A stretch of DNA of 64,000 bases from an uncultured bacterium. GTDB lineage: Bacteria; Planctomycetota; UBA1135; GCA-002686595. Every line of letters begins with the position of its first letter. The stretch's first letter is position 1. The notes beneath the pieces were generated by a model, which was not told the DNA's origin, made no database searches, and was given only the letters and a program-made list of their open reading frames with translations. Both the position numbers and the translations under genes were made by a program. Positions 50,638 through 59,254 of this stretch are shown here, piece by piece. The DNA lies in the NCBI GenBank assembly GCA_943787795.1, contig CALSNU010000001.1, forward strand, positions 1-64,000. The letters are read 5' to 3'.

Positions 50638-53150
50638 GACCGCGGCCTCCGTCCACTCTGATCTTCTGGCCGGTCTCAAGGGCCCCGGTGACCCCGGGGA
50701 CCCCCACCACGGTGGGCAGTCCGTACTCTCGGGCGAGGATCGCGCCGTGGGAGAGGAGGCCGCCGCGCTCCACGACGAGCCCGGAGATCAGGGGGAACAG
50801 GGGCGCCCATCCCGGATCGGTCTGTCGCGTGACGAGGATGTCGCCGGGCGCGACCTCCCCGGCGTCCGCGAGGTCGGTCAGGACCACGGCGCGCCCCGTG
50901 ATGACCCCGGCGCACGCGCCCGCCCCGTCGAGGCGCGAGGTGTCCCCGGCCTCCTCCTCGCTGCCGATCCACACCTCACCCTCGGGGAGCATGAAGGCGC
51001 TCGGTGGACGGACGTCGGCCTGTCGGGTGTGTTCCTCGCGGCGCACGGCGGCGACTCGAGTCGCGCTGGACGGCTGGAGCGCGGTGCCCGCGGCGAGGTC
51101 ACAGAGCTCCTCAAGGGAGAAGTACACCGCGTCATCTGCGTGCTCCACCATTCCCTCTCGGACCATGGCGGCGCCCAGCGCGAGGGCGACGTCCCGCAGC
51201 CGGCGGTAGAGCAGCGCCTGCTTGCCGCGCGCGCGCTCACGCATGGTGACCGACCGGCCGCAGGCCCGGGCGATGGGACCGAGCACGAGGCCCCGCCAGC
51301 CGCCGAGCTCGCGGCGCAGCCGCGCGACCGCGCGCAGGCGCTCGGCGGCTCGGACAGCCGCGACCTCGGCGGGGGCTGGGCCCTCGGCGTCGAGGTACGC
51401 GCGAAGCAGGGCCAGGACGCGGGACGGCTCCTCCTGGTAGCTCGGGACCGTGAACACGAGCTCACCGGAGCACCGGTGGCCGTGGTTCTCGAGCCACGCC
51501 TCGAAGGCGGCGCGGAAGCCCGCGTGTCTGGGTCTCTCCCGGATCGCCGCCAGGGCGACGGCGTCGTCGCCGCTGCGCAGGAGGGCCTCGAGCTCGCCGT
51601 CGGGCGCCGCGTGGACGAGGCGCGCCAGATCCCAAAGCCCGGCCGCGGGAGCGGCGCTCACCACGTCGAGGCCCTGGAGCAGCTCGCCGGCGGCAGCGCG
51701 CGGATCTCCGCTCACCGGGGAGAGCACCTTGAGGAGCAGGCCGTGGGTGATCATGGCGCTCGCGTCCGCCAGCCCAGCGTCGGTCCACTGGTGGCGACGA
51801 ATGCGCGTGAATCCCCCCACGCGGCCGCCGAGCTCCACGCGGTCGAGCTCGGCGAGGACCTCTCTGGAGGTGGATCGTGCGTAGGCGTCGACCCTCGACT
51901 CGAAGCGCTCGACGCCCCGCTCCAGGCCAAGCCAGGCCTGCGTCATACGAAACGCCGTGCCGCAGAGCCGCAGGGCGCCTCGCAGGCGCCCCTCCGGTGC
52001 CAGGCGATCGGCCTCTGGGAAGCCCTCTGCGCCTGTGAAGGCGTTGAAGGACGAGGTCAGGAACGCCCCGCCCGGCGCCTCCCGCATGACCGCGTGCAGG
52101 TTGGTCAGGTGGTAGTACAGCCGGCCCTCGTGGGCGCCGACGAGGCGCTGCAGGCGGGGCTCCGAGCGCTGCGAGCGCCGTCTCCGAGACCCCGATCACC
52201 CGAGCGAGGCCGCGGAAGTAGTGGGTGTAGCCAGTGGCAGCGACCGAGTACTGGAGCGGCGTGATCGGCGTGGGGAAGTTCTCGTCCACGTTGGCGTTGG
52301 TCCAGGCGACCTTCGGTCGGGAGCTTGCGACCGCCGTGATGGGGCGTGACTGGACCACGTGCAGCTCACCGTCCCGGGCGAGGACCCACTCCACGTCCTG
52401 CTCGGAGCCCCCGGTGCGCCGCGCCTGGGCCGCGAGGCGTGCGAGCTTGTCCCTGGCGCCGAGCAGCGCGGCGGGGTCGACCTCGTCCTCGAGCCGCTGC
52501 AGTTCAGTGACCGCTCCGGCCGCGTCGAGGGAGAGCCGCCCGGGGGTGACGCGCCCGGAGACCAGGTCCTCGCCCGGCCCGTGGACGTACTCCACCAGCG
52601 TCCGCTTCGCGCTGGGCTCGGCGGGGTCACAGGTGAAGAGGACCCCGGCGAAGTGGGCGCGGATCTGGCGCTGGACGAGCACGGCCAGCCCGCCGAGCGG
52701 GCGGCCCCTCCGCTCCTCATAGGCCCGCACGCGCTCGGCGGCGCGGGCGCCCCAGCACTCCCTTAGCGCACGCTCGAGTTGGTCCGCCCCGTCCACATCG
52801 GCGATGGACTCCAACATGCCCGCGAAGGAGGCGTCCGCGGAGTCCTCCCCGAGCCCAGAGCTGCGCACGATCAGCGTGCCGTCGAGATGTCGGCAGGCGT
52901 CGAGCAGCGCGACCCGGAGCGGCTCGGGGAGCGGGGTGCGGCGGATGCCGTCGGCGTCCATCTCTTCGAGCCCGGTGGCCTCGAGGTACTCCCGTCGGAA
53001 GGTGTCGCTGACCACGACGCCGACCGGGACCGGGAGGCCGGTCGCGGCCAGCGCCGCCTGGCTCGCGGCCTTGGCGCCGAAGAGCGCGGGGTCGAGGGCG
53101 GCTTCGAGCTTGACGAAGGGCGCCGCCTCGGCGGTGGAGTGGAGGCCCAT
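50615..53150 (-). CDS. PEP-utilising dikinase (rifampin phosphotransferase/PEP synthase-like), frameshifted near 52162
   Basis: GAKA, VRSSGLGEDSADASFAG, QDVEW, QSRPIT ATP-grasp domain; TDPGW...GGLLSHGAILAREYGLP phospho-His domain; deleting one base joins the two ORFs (ALEPRLQRLVGAHEGRLYYHLTN). Confidence 0.88.
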
Positions 53151-53734
53151 CAGGCGGGGCGCGCCTTGAAGCCCCGGCGCCAGAGGAGGACGTTGAAGAG
53201 CCAGTGGACGACCGGTCCCGCGAGCAGGACCACGAGCCACGTGCCGGCGGGGAGGCCGAAGGTGAGGTGCACTGCGAGGAGCAGGCCGAGGATGGAGTCG
53301 AGGCGGTCGGCGAGGAAGCAGGCGGTGGCAGCGAGCCGGCCGCGGGGGGCGCCGCCGGGGGCCACGTCCAGCTGCCGCTTCACGAACGAGTTGGGCAGCT
53401 CGCCCAGCATGAAGCCGAGCCCGCCGACGAGCCCGAGCAGCGAGTAGCCCGCGGGGCTGAGGTCCCAGAGGTGCTCGGCGGCTGGCGTGACGGCCGTGAG
53501 CACGACGCCGAGGGCGAGGCAGGTGAGCCCCGACGCGGGCACCATCACCACGAGGCCGCGGAGCGTCTTGTTGGCGCCGAACAGGCGCCGCCCGCGGAAG
53601 CGGAGGCCGGCGTCGAGGGGGATCCGGAGGGACTCGAGGGCGGAGCCGGGGAGCCAGCGGGTCTGGAGCCAGCCGGAGAGAGAGAAGGCCGTGAGCAGGA
53701 ACAGCCCGCGGGCCAGGGCGTCGGGTTCGATCAC
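53150..53734 (-). CDS. CDP-archaeol synthase (CarS)-like CTP-transferase
   Basis: PLDAG...GRRLFGANKTLRG, GELPNSFVKRQLDVAPG, ADRLDS; GTGA overlap with the desaturase stop. Confidence 0.85.
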   Translation of the reverse strand: MIEPDALARGLFLLTAFSLSGWLQTRWLPGSALESLRIPLDAGLRFRGRRLFGANKTLRGLVVMVPASGLTCLALGVVLTAVTPAAEHLWDLSPAGYSLLGLVGGLGFMLGELPNSFVKRQLDVAPGGAPRGRLAATACFLADRLDSILGLLLAVHLTFGLPAGTWLVVLLAGPVVHWLFNVLLWRRGFKARPA

Positions 53735-54705
53735 AGCTGGAACTCCGTGGTGCTCGAGTTCTCGAAGAGGAAGCGCTCGCCGGAGAGGCGCTTGGCGCCG
53801 CGCAGGAACTGCCAGGCGCTGACCCGACGCGGCGGCACCCACGGCACCTGGTGGAGGCGATAGCCGGGGACCTGCGGGTAGGCGTGGTGCCGCTCGTGTT
53901 CGCCCGTGCCGCAGAGGAGCCCGAGGCTGATCCACGGGGGGAAGGCCACGGAGCGGGTGTACTCGGTCTGATCGGTCCCGAGCCTCGGGCGGACGGGGTC
54001 CGCGCCCGCGGTGGGCATGGGGATGTGGGTGTGCTGGCTGAGGATCAGCGGGTCCTGGAAGGCGAGGCCGAGGACGAGCCCGGGGCCGACGAGCCAGAGC
54101 AGCTGCAGGGGACCGACCGCAGCGGCGAGAGCGGCGTAGGCCAGGAGGTGGACCAGCGCGGCGCGCCGCGCGGCTGGCCCCCTTCCCGGGTGGAATTGCT
54201 CCAGGCGACGGACGTTCCAGAAGTTGTTCCACCGGTAGGCGATCGAGAACAGCGGGAGCCAGGTGCGCCACGCGAGGTTGGCGAGCCGGCGCTCCAGCCG
54301 GCCGCGGGTCCGCGGGGCCAGGGACTCGGTGGTCGAGTCCCGGTCCTGCCAGCCCGTCCAGCGGTGGTGCCCCGCGTGGACGAGGCGCCAGGTGGAGAAG
54401 GGGATCAGCGCGATGAATCCCGCCACGTGACCCGCGACGCGGTTCAGGGAACGAGAGGGGAAGAGGTTTCCGTGCCCGGCCTCGTGGAGCAGGCAGAACC
54501 ACTGCAGGCTCCCGAGCCCGATCAGCAGCTGCCCGGTGGCCCAGAGGAGGAGCGATCCCTGGGCAGCTAGCGCCACGCCACCGCCGACCAGCGCGAGGCC
54601 GCTGGCGACGAACGCGGCCCCGGCAGCGCTGACGGGACGGAGTCCGTCGACGGTCTGAGGGTCAGGGATGAGTGCAGGCGAGGAGGCAGGATCCTTGATC
54701 GGCAT
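53731..54705 (-). CDS. Membrane fatty-acid desaturase family protein
   Basis: His boxes HEAGH, HAGHH and HERHH; TM segments. Confidence 0.88.
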   Translation of the reverse strand: MPIKDPASSPALIPDPQTVDGLRPVSAAGAAFVASGLALVGGGVALAAQGSLLLWATGQLLIGLGSLQWFCLLHEAGHGNLFPSRSLNRVAGHVAGFIALIPFSTWRLVHAGHHRWTGWQDRDSTTESLAPRTRGRLERRLANLAWRTWLPLFSIAYRWNNFWNVRRLEQFHPGRGPAARRAALVHLLAYAALAAAVGPLQLLWLVGPGLVLGLAFQDPLILSQHTHIPMPTAGADPVRPRLGTDQTEYTRSVAFPPWISLGLLCGTGEHERHHAYPQVPGYRLHQVPWVPPRRVSAWQFLRGAKRLSGERFLFENSSTTEFQL

Positions 54706-54724
54706 CACGACCACACCATGCGCT

Positions 54725-56941
54725 TCAGCCGGCGCTGATCCGAGGGTGTTCCCGCTGATCGACGGACCAAGCGAGGCTTATCGACCGGACGCCGTGCGCC
54801 GGACGCCGTGCGCTGGGCAGCGGACGGAGCTGCTCGAGCTCAAGGTCGGCAACAGGGAGCACTCCTGGGGTGCTGCGGCCGGCAGAGGGCCTCCGAGGAG
54901 TGCCCGCCATGTGCCGGCCTGGTTCGCCTGCCCCGTGTTCGCCTGCCCCGTGTTCGCCTGCCCCGTGTTCGCCTGCACTGTGCTCGCCTGCACTGTGCTC
55001 GCCTGCGCCGTGCTTGCTTGCGCCGGGGGCAGCGCCCGGGAGGGGTCGCCTCCGGGACCGTCCGCGCCCGTCAGTCGACGGTGTCCGCCGACGGCCCGTC
55101 GGGGGCCCGTCGGGGGCCGGCGCCGCAGGGGCGCCCTCGGGGTCCTCGCCTCGGCCCCTGACGCGAATGCGTGCCACGTAGATCGCGGTGCGCAGCTCAT
55201 GGCTCGAGTAGTACGAGAGGAGCAGGTCGTCCCCGTCGAGCACCGCGCCCGGATAGCTCGTGTCTCCCCCTGAGGGGAGCACCAGGAGGCTTTGGAACGC
55301 GCCGTCCAGGGTCACCTCTCCCACGGCGGTCCGGGGCGTACCGTCCCGGTAGACGCGGCCGGCGGCGAGCATGCGCCCATCGTCGAGGACGATCAGCTCC
55401 GGGCCGCCGAGGTGCTCGGGGAGGTCCACCCAGGTCCACTCTTCGAAGGGGGGCGAGGCGTGGCCGATGCGCGCGGTGGCGCTGAAGGGGTCCCGCCGAA
55501 CGAGGGCGACCAGTCGGCCGTCCGGGAGGGCGCGGAGCGTGGCCTCGTTGGGCTGGCCTGGATGATCGAAGGAGGCGACGAGGTCGTACCGGACGCCGCC
55601 CTCGGTGCGCACTAGGTGGTGGCCCGGGGGGCTCGCTTGCGGCTGATACACGACGCCGAAGCCGGCCTTCTTGGCCCAGGTCACGCGCCATAGCCAGTCG
55701 TCCTTGGACGCGATCTTCGCGTCCAGCGTGGCGGCTCGCATTCGAGTCGGGAACTCGGCCCCACGCCCCCAGAAGGCGACCCTCGGCGCCCGCCCCTGGA
55801 GCACGCCGTCGAGGTACCTGGAGCCGCCCGCGAGGATCATGAGCTCCCCGCCAGGGGTCACGCTCACCTTCGGGTCGCGCAGGTCCACGCCGGGCTCCTC
55901 AAGGAGGCCCCGTGAGCTCCAGGTCAGGCCGTCCCGCGAGGTGAGCACCCGCACCCTCCCGTCGGCGCCGTTCACGTGCCCGTCGCCCTCTCGGAAGGTC
56001 AGGACGAGGTCCTCGCCGAAGCGGCAGAGGTCGGTGAAGGCCTGGTGGGGGGCGTCGTCCCACGCGCGCTGCACGTCGAGCAGCTCCAGCGTGAGGAGGC
56101 CGGCCTCGTCGCTGGCGGGGCGCGGGTGGGCCTCGAAGAACCTCGCCGCGAGCCCGTGGAAGTCAGGGTGCCTGCGATGGCCGCCGCCGTGCTCGAAGAG
56201 CAGGACGTCGCCGTGGCTGCCGCTCGGGTAGCGGGTGACCCGCTCGTCGACGGCCCAGGGGCGGCCCGCCTCACAGGCGCGCTGCGCGCGGAGCTTGCGA
56301 AGAGCGTCGTCCTGCCAGGCCCACTGCACCACGCGATCCCCCCGGCAGCCCGCGTGGAAGACCGGCCGCGGGGGCAGGGTCGCACCGCCCCGGAGCAGCC
56401 GTGACGCGGCCGATGACGGCGCCACCGAGGCGAGCACGTCGCCGCGGGTGGCGAGGAGCAGGTAGGTGAAGCCGCCACCGTTGGAGTGTCCGGTGGCGTG
56501 CACCCGGTCGGGGTCCACGCGGAAGTCCACCCTCGCCCGGGCAAGGAGGGCATCAAAGAAGGCGAGGTCCCGGTCGCCCTCGTCGCCCGGCGCGTGCTGC
56601 CAGCCGGAGAGCTTGCCCTCCGGGTCCGTGAACCCGGCGGTGGCGAGGCCCTGGGGGTAGATGACCACCGCTTCTGGCCACGCCCTGTGGAGGGGAGCCC
56701 CCCGCGCGGTCGCCCGAGCGCGGCCGCCGTGGCCGTGGAAGGCGAAGACCAGCGGTGCGGCGGGCCCGCGCTCATCCTCGCCACGAAGGGCCTCGTCCGG
56801 CGCGAAGACGAGCGCCTCACGAGCGACCCCGTCCACCTCGAGGGTCCAGCGCTCCTGCGCGCTCGCTTCAGCCGAGCCGAGCACGGCGGCCACGAGGACC
56901 AGGGCCTGAGCGGCGCGTCGGAGGATGCAGAGGCCGCTCAA
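54725..56941 (-). CDS. Secreted fusion: PHB-depolymerase/esterase-like hydrolase + sialidase (BNR)-like propeller; true 3' end uncertain
   Basis: Signal peptide; FHGHGG, GHSNGG; AFTDL, DLRDPK, WLWRVTW, PSGGDTSYPG; TTG start just after the upstream stop. Confidence 0.75.
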   Translation of the reverse strand: MSGLCILRRAAQALVLVAAVLGSAEASAQERWTLEVDGVAREALVFAPDEALRGEDERGPAAPLVFAFHGHGGRARATARGAPLHRAWPEAVVIYPQGLATAGFTDPEGKLSGWQHAPGDEGDRDLAFFDALLARARVDFRVDPDRVHATGHSNGGGFTYLLLATRGDVLASVAPSSAASRLLRGGATLPPRPVFHAGCRGDRVVQWAWQDDALRKLRAQRACEAGRPWAVDERVTRYPSGSHGDVLLFEHGGGHRRHPDFHGLAARFFEAHPRPASDEAGLLTLELLDVQRAWDDAPHQAFTDLCRFGEDLVLTFREGDGHVNGADGRVRVLTSRDGLTWSSRGLLEEPGVDLRDPKVSVTPGGELMILAGGSRYLDGVLQGRAPRVAFWGRGAEFPTRMRAATLDAKIASKDDWLWRVTWAKKAGFGVVYQPQASPPGHHLVRTEGGVRYDLVASFDHPGQPNEATLRALPDGRLVALVRRDPFSATARIGHASPPFEEWTWVDLPEHLGGPELIVLDDGRMLAAGRVYRDGTPRTAVGEVTLDGAFQSLLVLPSGGDTSYPGAVLDGDDLLLSYYSSHELRTAIYVARIRVRGRGEDPEGAPAAPAPDGPPTGRRRTPSTDGRGRSRRRPLPGAAPGASKHGAGEHSAGEHSAGEHGAGEHGAGEHGAGEPGRHMAGTPRRPSAGRSTPGVLPVADLELEQLRPLPSARRPAHGVRSISLAWSVDQREHPRISAG
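54922..55025. repeat. 15-bp tandem repeat GTTCGCCTGCCCCGT-like x7
   Basis: Three identical units grading into GCTCGCCTGCACTGT variants. Confidence 0.88.
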
Positions 56942-56942
56942 C

Positions 56943-58427
56943 TCACTCCCCCTGGAAGCACCAGAGGCTGTTCTCGGTCCGGACGAACAGGGCTCCGTCC
57001 ACCACCGCGGGGGTCGCGAAGAGCCCGTCCTTGAGGTCGACGTAGTGCACGATCTCGAGCCCCTCCGCCTCGGCGTCGAGCACGTAGAGGGTGCCCTCCG
57101 CGGATCCCACGAGGACGTGTCCGGCCAGGCCCATGGGTGACATGTAGTACTCGCTGCGGTCCGGCAGCCGCTCACGGTCGAGGACGCGCTTGCCGGTCGC
57201 CGCGTCAATGGCGCTCACGATGCCGCCCGCCTTCATGAGCCAGATGCGGCCCCGGTAGAGCAGCGGAGAGGCGACGTAGGGGAGGCCGCGTTTCCACGTC
57301 CACTCCACGTGGCTCGCGGTGACGTCGCCCTCGCCGCCGCGGCGGATGGCCATCAAGACGTTGGCGCCCGGGCTCTCAGCCCCTCCGGGGGGCGTGATGA
57401 GCTCCGGCCGCTCCCATACGCCGTTCTTGTTCTGGTCGAGGAACCCGAAGGCGTCCTTGGCCCGGCACTCGGGGAGCTCGTCCAGCTCGACCGTCCCGTT
57501 GTCGTTGGCGTCGAGCCGGTCGAAGAGCAGGTTCGGATCGGCCACCTCCTCGTCCGAGAGCTCCAGCGAGCGACCAAAGCCGGCGTCCCAGAAGGACCGG
57601 CCCGTGGCGTTGGGGGTGCTCCAGGCGCCGAAGAAGAGGGTGTCCGCGTTGGCGGTGGGGGTCGTGCAGCTGAAGACCGTGACGCCGCTCACGTTCCACA
57701 GGGGCGCGCCCGTCTTCGGGTCGAAGGAGCACACCTGGCTCGTCCCCCCGATGATCAGCTCCTCGCGGTCCGCGTTGCTCCAGAGGAAGGGCGTCCCGTG
57801 GCTCTCGATGAAGCCAAAGCGATCGATCTTCCAGGCGACCTCGCCGCTCTCGGCGTCGAAGGCGAAGACCGCCGCCTCCGGCGCGCCGTCGCGCGAGAGG
57901 ATCACGTTGCCGCCGGCAAGGATGGGTGAGGTGCCGACGCCGAAGCCGTAGCCGGGGTGGGGCATGCGCTCTTCCCAGAGCAGCTGCCCCTCGAGGTCGA
58001 GTGCCACGAGGCCGTAGGAGTCCACGTAGACGAAGAGCCGCTCGCCGTCCGTACAGGGCGTCGAGACCGCAGGGACCGCGTCCGCGTGGGAGTAGCTCGG
58101 CGGGTTCTCGGCGAGGAAGCTCCGGCGCCACAGCTCATCGCCCGTGTCCGTATCGATGCCGACCACCACGCCGCGGGCCCCGACCTGCCCCGTGAGGAAG
58201 ACCTTGCGCTCGTGGACGCAGGGCGAGGAGTGCCCCGCGGGCAGCGCGGCGCGCCAGAGCAGGTGCCGCTCGGGTCCAAAGTCGAGGGGGATCGTGGAGT
58301 CCTCGGAGACCGGATGTCCACCGGGCCCGCGGAACTGGGGCCACGAGGAGGCCTCATCATGCTGCGCCGCGAGGACGGGACCGAGCGACGTGATGAAGAG
58401 CGACAGCGGTAGAGCGAGGAGGCGCAT
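56943..58427 (-). CDS. PQQ-binding-like beta-propeller (BamB-like) protein with an EF-hand insert
   Basis: WPQFRGPGG, GHSSPCV, TGDELWR, YVASPLL, FATPAV; DANDNGTVELDE and DQNKNGVWERPE loops. Confidence 0.88.
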   Translation of the reverse strand: MRLLALPLSLFITSLGPVLAAQHDEASSWPQFRGPGGHPVSEDSTIPLDFGPERHLLWRAALPAGHSSPCVHERKVFLTGQVGARGVVVGIDTDTGDELWRRSFLAENPPSYSHADAVPAVSTPCTDGERLFVYVDSYGLVALDLEGQLLWEERMPHPGYGFGVGTSPILAGGNVILSRDGAPEAAVFAFDAESGEVAWKIDRFGFIESHGTPFLWSNADREELIIGGTSQVCSFDPKTGAPLWNVSGVTVFSCTTPTANADTLFFGAWSTPNATGRSFWDAGFGRSLELSDEEVADPNLLFDRLDANDNGTVELDELPECRAKDAFGFLDQNKNGVWERPELITPPGGAESPGANVLMAIRRGGEGDVTASHVEWTWKRGLPYVASPLLYRGRIWLMKAGGIVSAIDAATGKRVLDRERLPDRSEYYMSPMGLAGHVLVGSAEGTLYVLDAEAEGLEIVHYVDLKDGLFATPAVVDGALFVRTENSLWCFQGE

Positions 58428-58471
58428 CGGAGGGGCGGGCACGGGAATGCTGGGCACGGGGATGCCGGGGA

Positions 58472-58550
58472 AAGGGACGCGGGGAAGGGGACGCGGCGAA
58501 GAAGGCGCGGTGAAGAGGACGCGGTGAAGGGGACGCAGGGGAAGGGGCGG
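58472..58550. repeat. Degenerate ~14-bp purine-rich tandem repeat (GGGACGCGGTGAAG-like)
   Basis: About five imperfect units upstream of the PQQ-repeat gene. Confidence 0.55.
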
Positions 58551-58729
58551 CAGAGGACAGCCCCGTCCATGATGACCTCAGGGATGCCGAGCGCCTTGGC
58601 TGCGCCGAAGAAGTTCTCCTCTCTGGATAGGGGAGAAGGGCGGGCGCTAAAGGAATGGCGGAGGTGCGCCGATTGACACCGTACGGACACATCCGCCTCC
58701 CCTTGAACCCTGCGAGCCCGCCCTTCCCC

Positions 58730-59224
58730 ATGAGTTTCAACAAGCAGAAGTCCCAGCGATACGCCTTCGCCAACGAGCGCATGAAGCGCGCGATGGCGCA
58801 AGGGTTCTACCTGGAGGCCATCACGATCTCCGAGTCGTTGATCACCGATCGCCTCCTCTCGAGCCTCGATCGCCGCCACGGTGTGAAGCGCAACCCGCGC
58901 ACGGGCCTGCACCGCTTGATCAACGCCCACCTCGACGAGACGCTCCTCGACCGCTCATCCCAGACCAGGGAGGAGAAGCTGATCGACGTGTTCTCTGCGC
59001 TCCGGGTCTGGAAGGACAAGCGCAACGAGCTGCTCCACGGCATTGCCAAGTGTCTCCCTGGTGATGAACTGCAATCCGGCTCGATCCTCATGGAGCGCGC
59101 GAAGACCGCGGCGGAGGAGGGCCTCCGCCTGTTCCGCCACCTCGATAACTGGCATGGCCGCCATGCCCGAAGGGCGGCGAGCGCCGCCGCACCCTCGGCG
59201 AGTACCGCGAAGCGGGCCGCCTAG
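58730..59224 (+). CDS. Hypothetical protein with HEPN-like RX4H motif
   Basis: FYLEAITISESLITDRL near the N-terminus and WKDKRNELLH near the C-terminus. Confidence 0.7.
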   Translation: MSFNKQKSQRYAFANERMKRAMAQGFYLEAITISESLITDRLLSSLDRRHGVKRNPRTGLHRLINAHLDETLLDRSSQTREEKLIDVFSALRVWKDKRNELLHGIAKCLPGDELQSGSILMERAKTAAEEGLRLFRHLDNWHGRHARRAASAAAPSASTAKRAA

Positions 59225-59254
59225 GAGCGGACCCCGAAGTCACGGTGGGGCGGG

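Noticed and set aside
50615..53150. Rifampin resistance gene (rph) or PEP synthase (ppsA)
   Set aside because: Same domain family, but it lacks the PEP-binding barrel of PpsA and sits inside a lipid operon; resistance is unsupported.
54668..55273. Cys-repeat ORF (FACPV x n) as a RiPP precursor
   Set aside because: It is a translation of the 15-bp DNA repeat with non-coding-like flanks and no modifying enzymes nearby.
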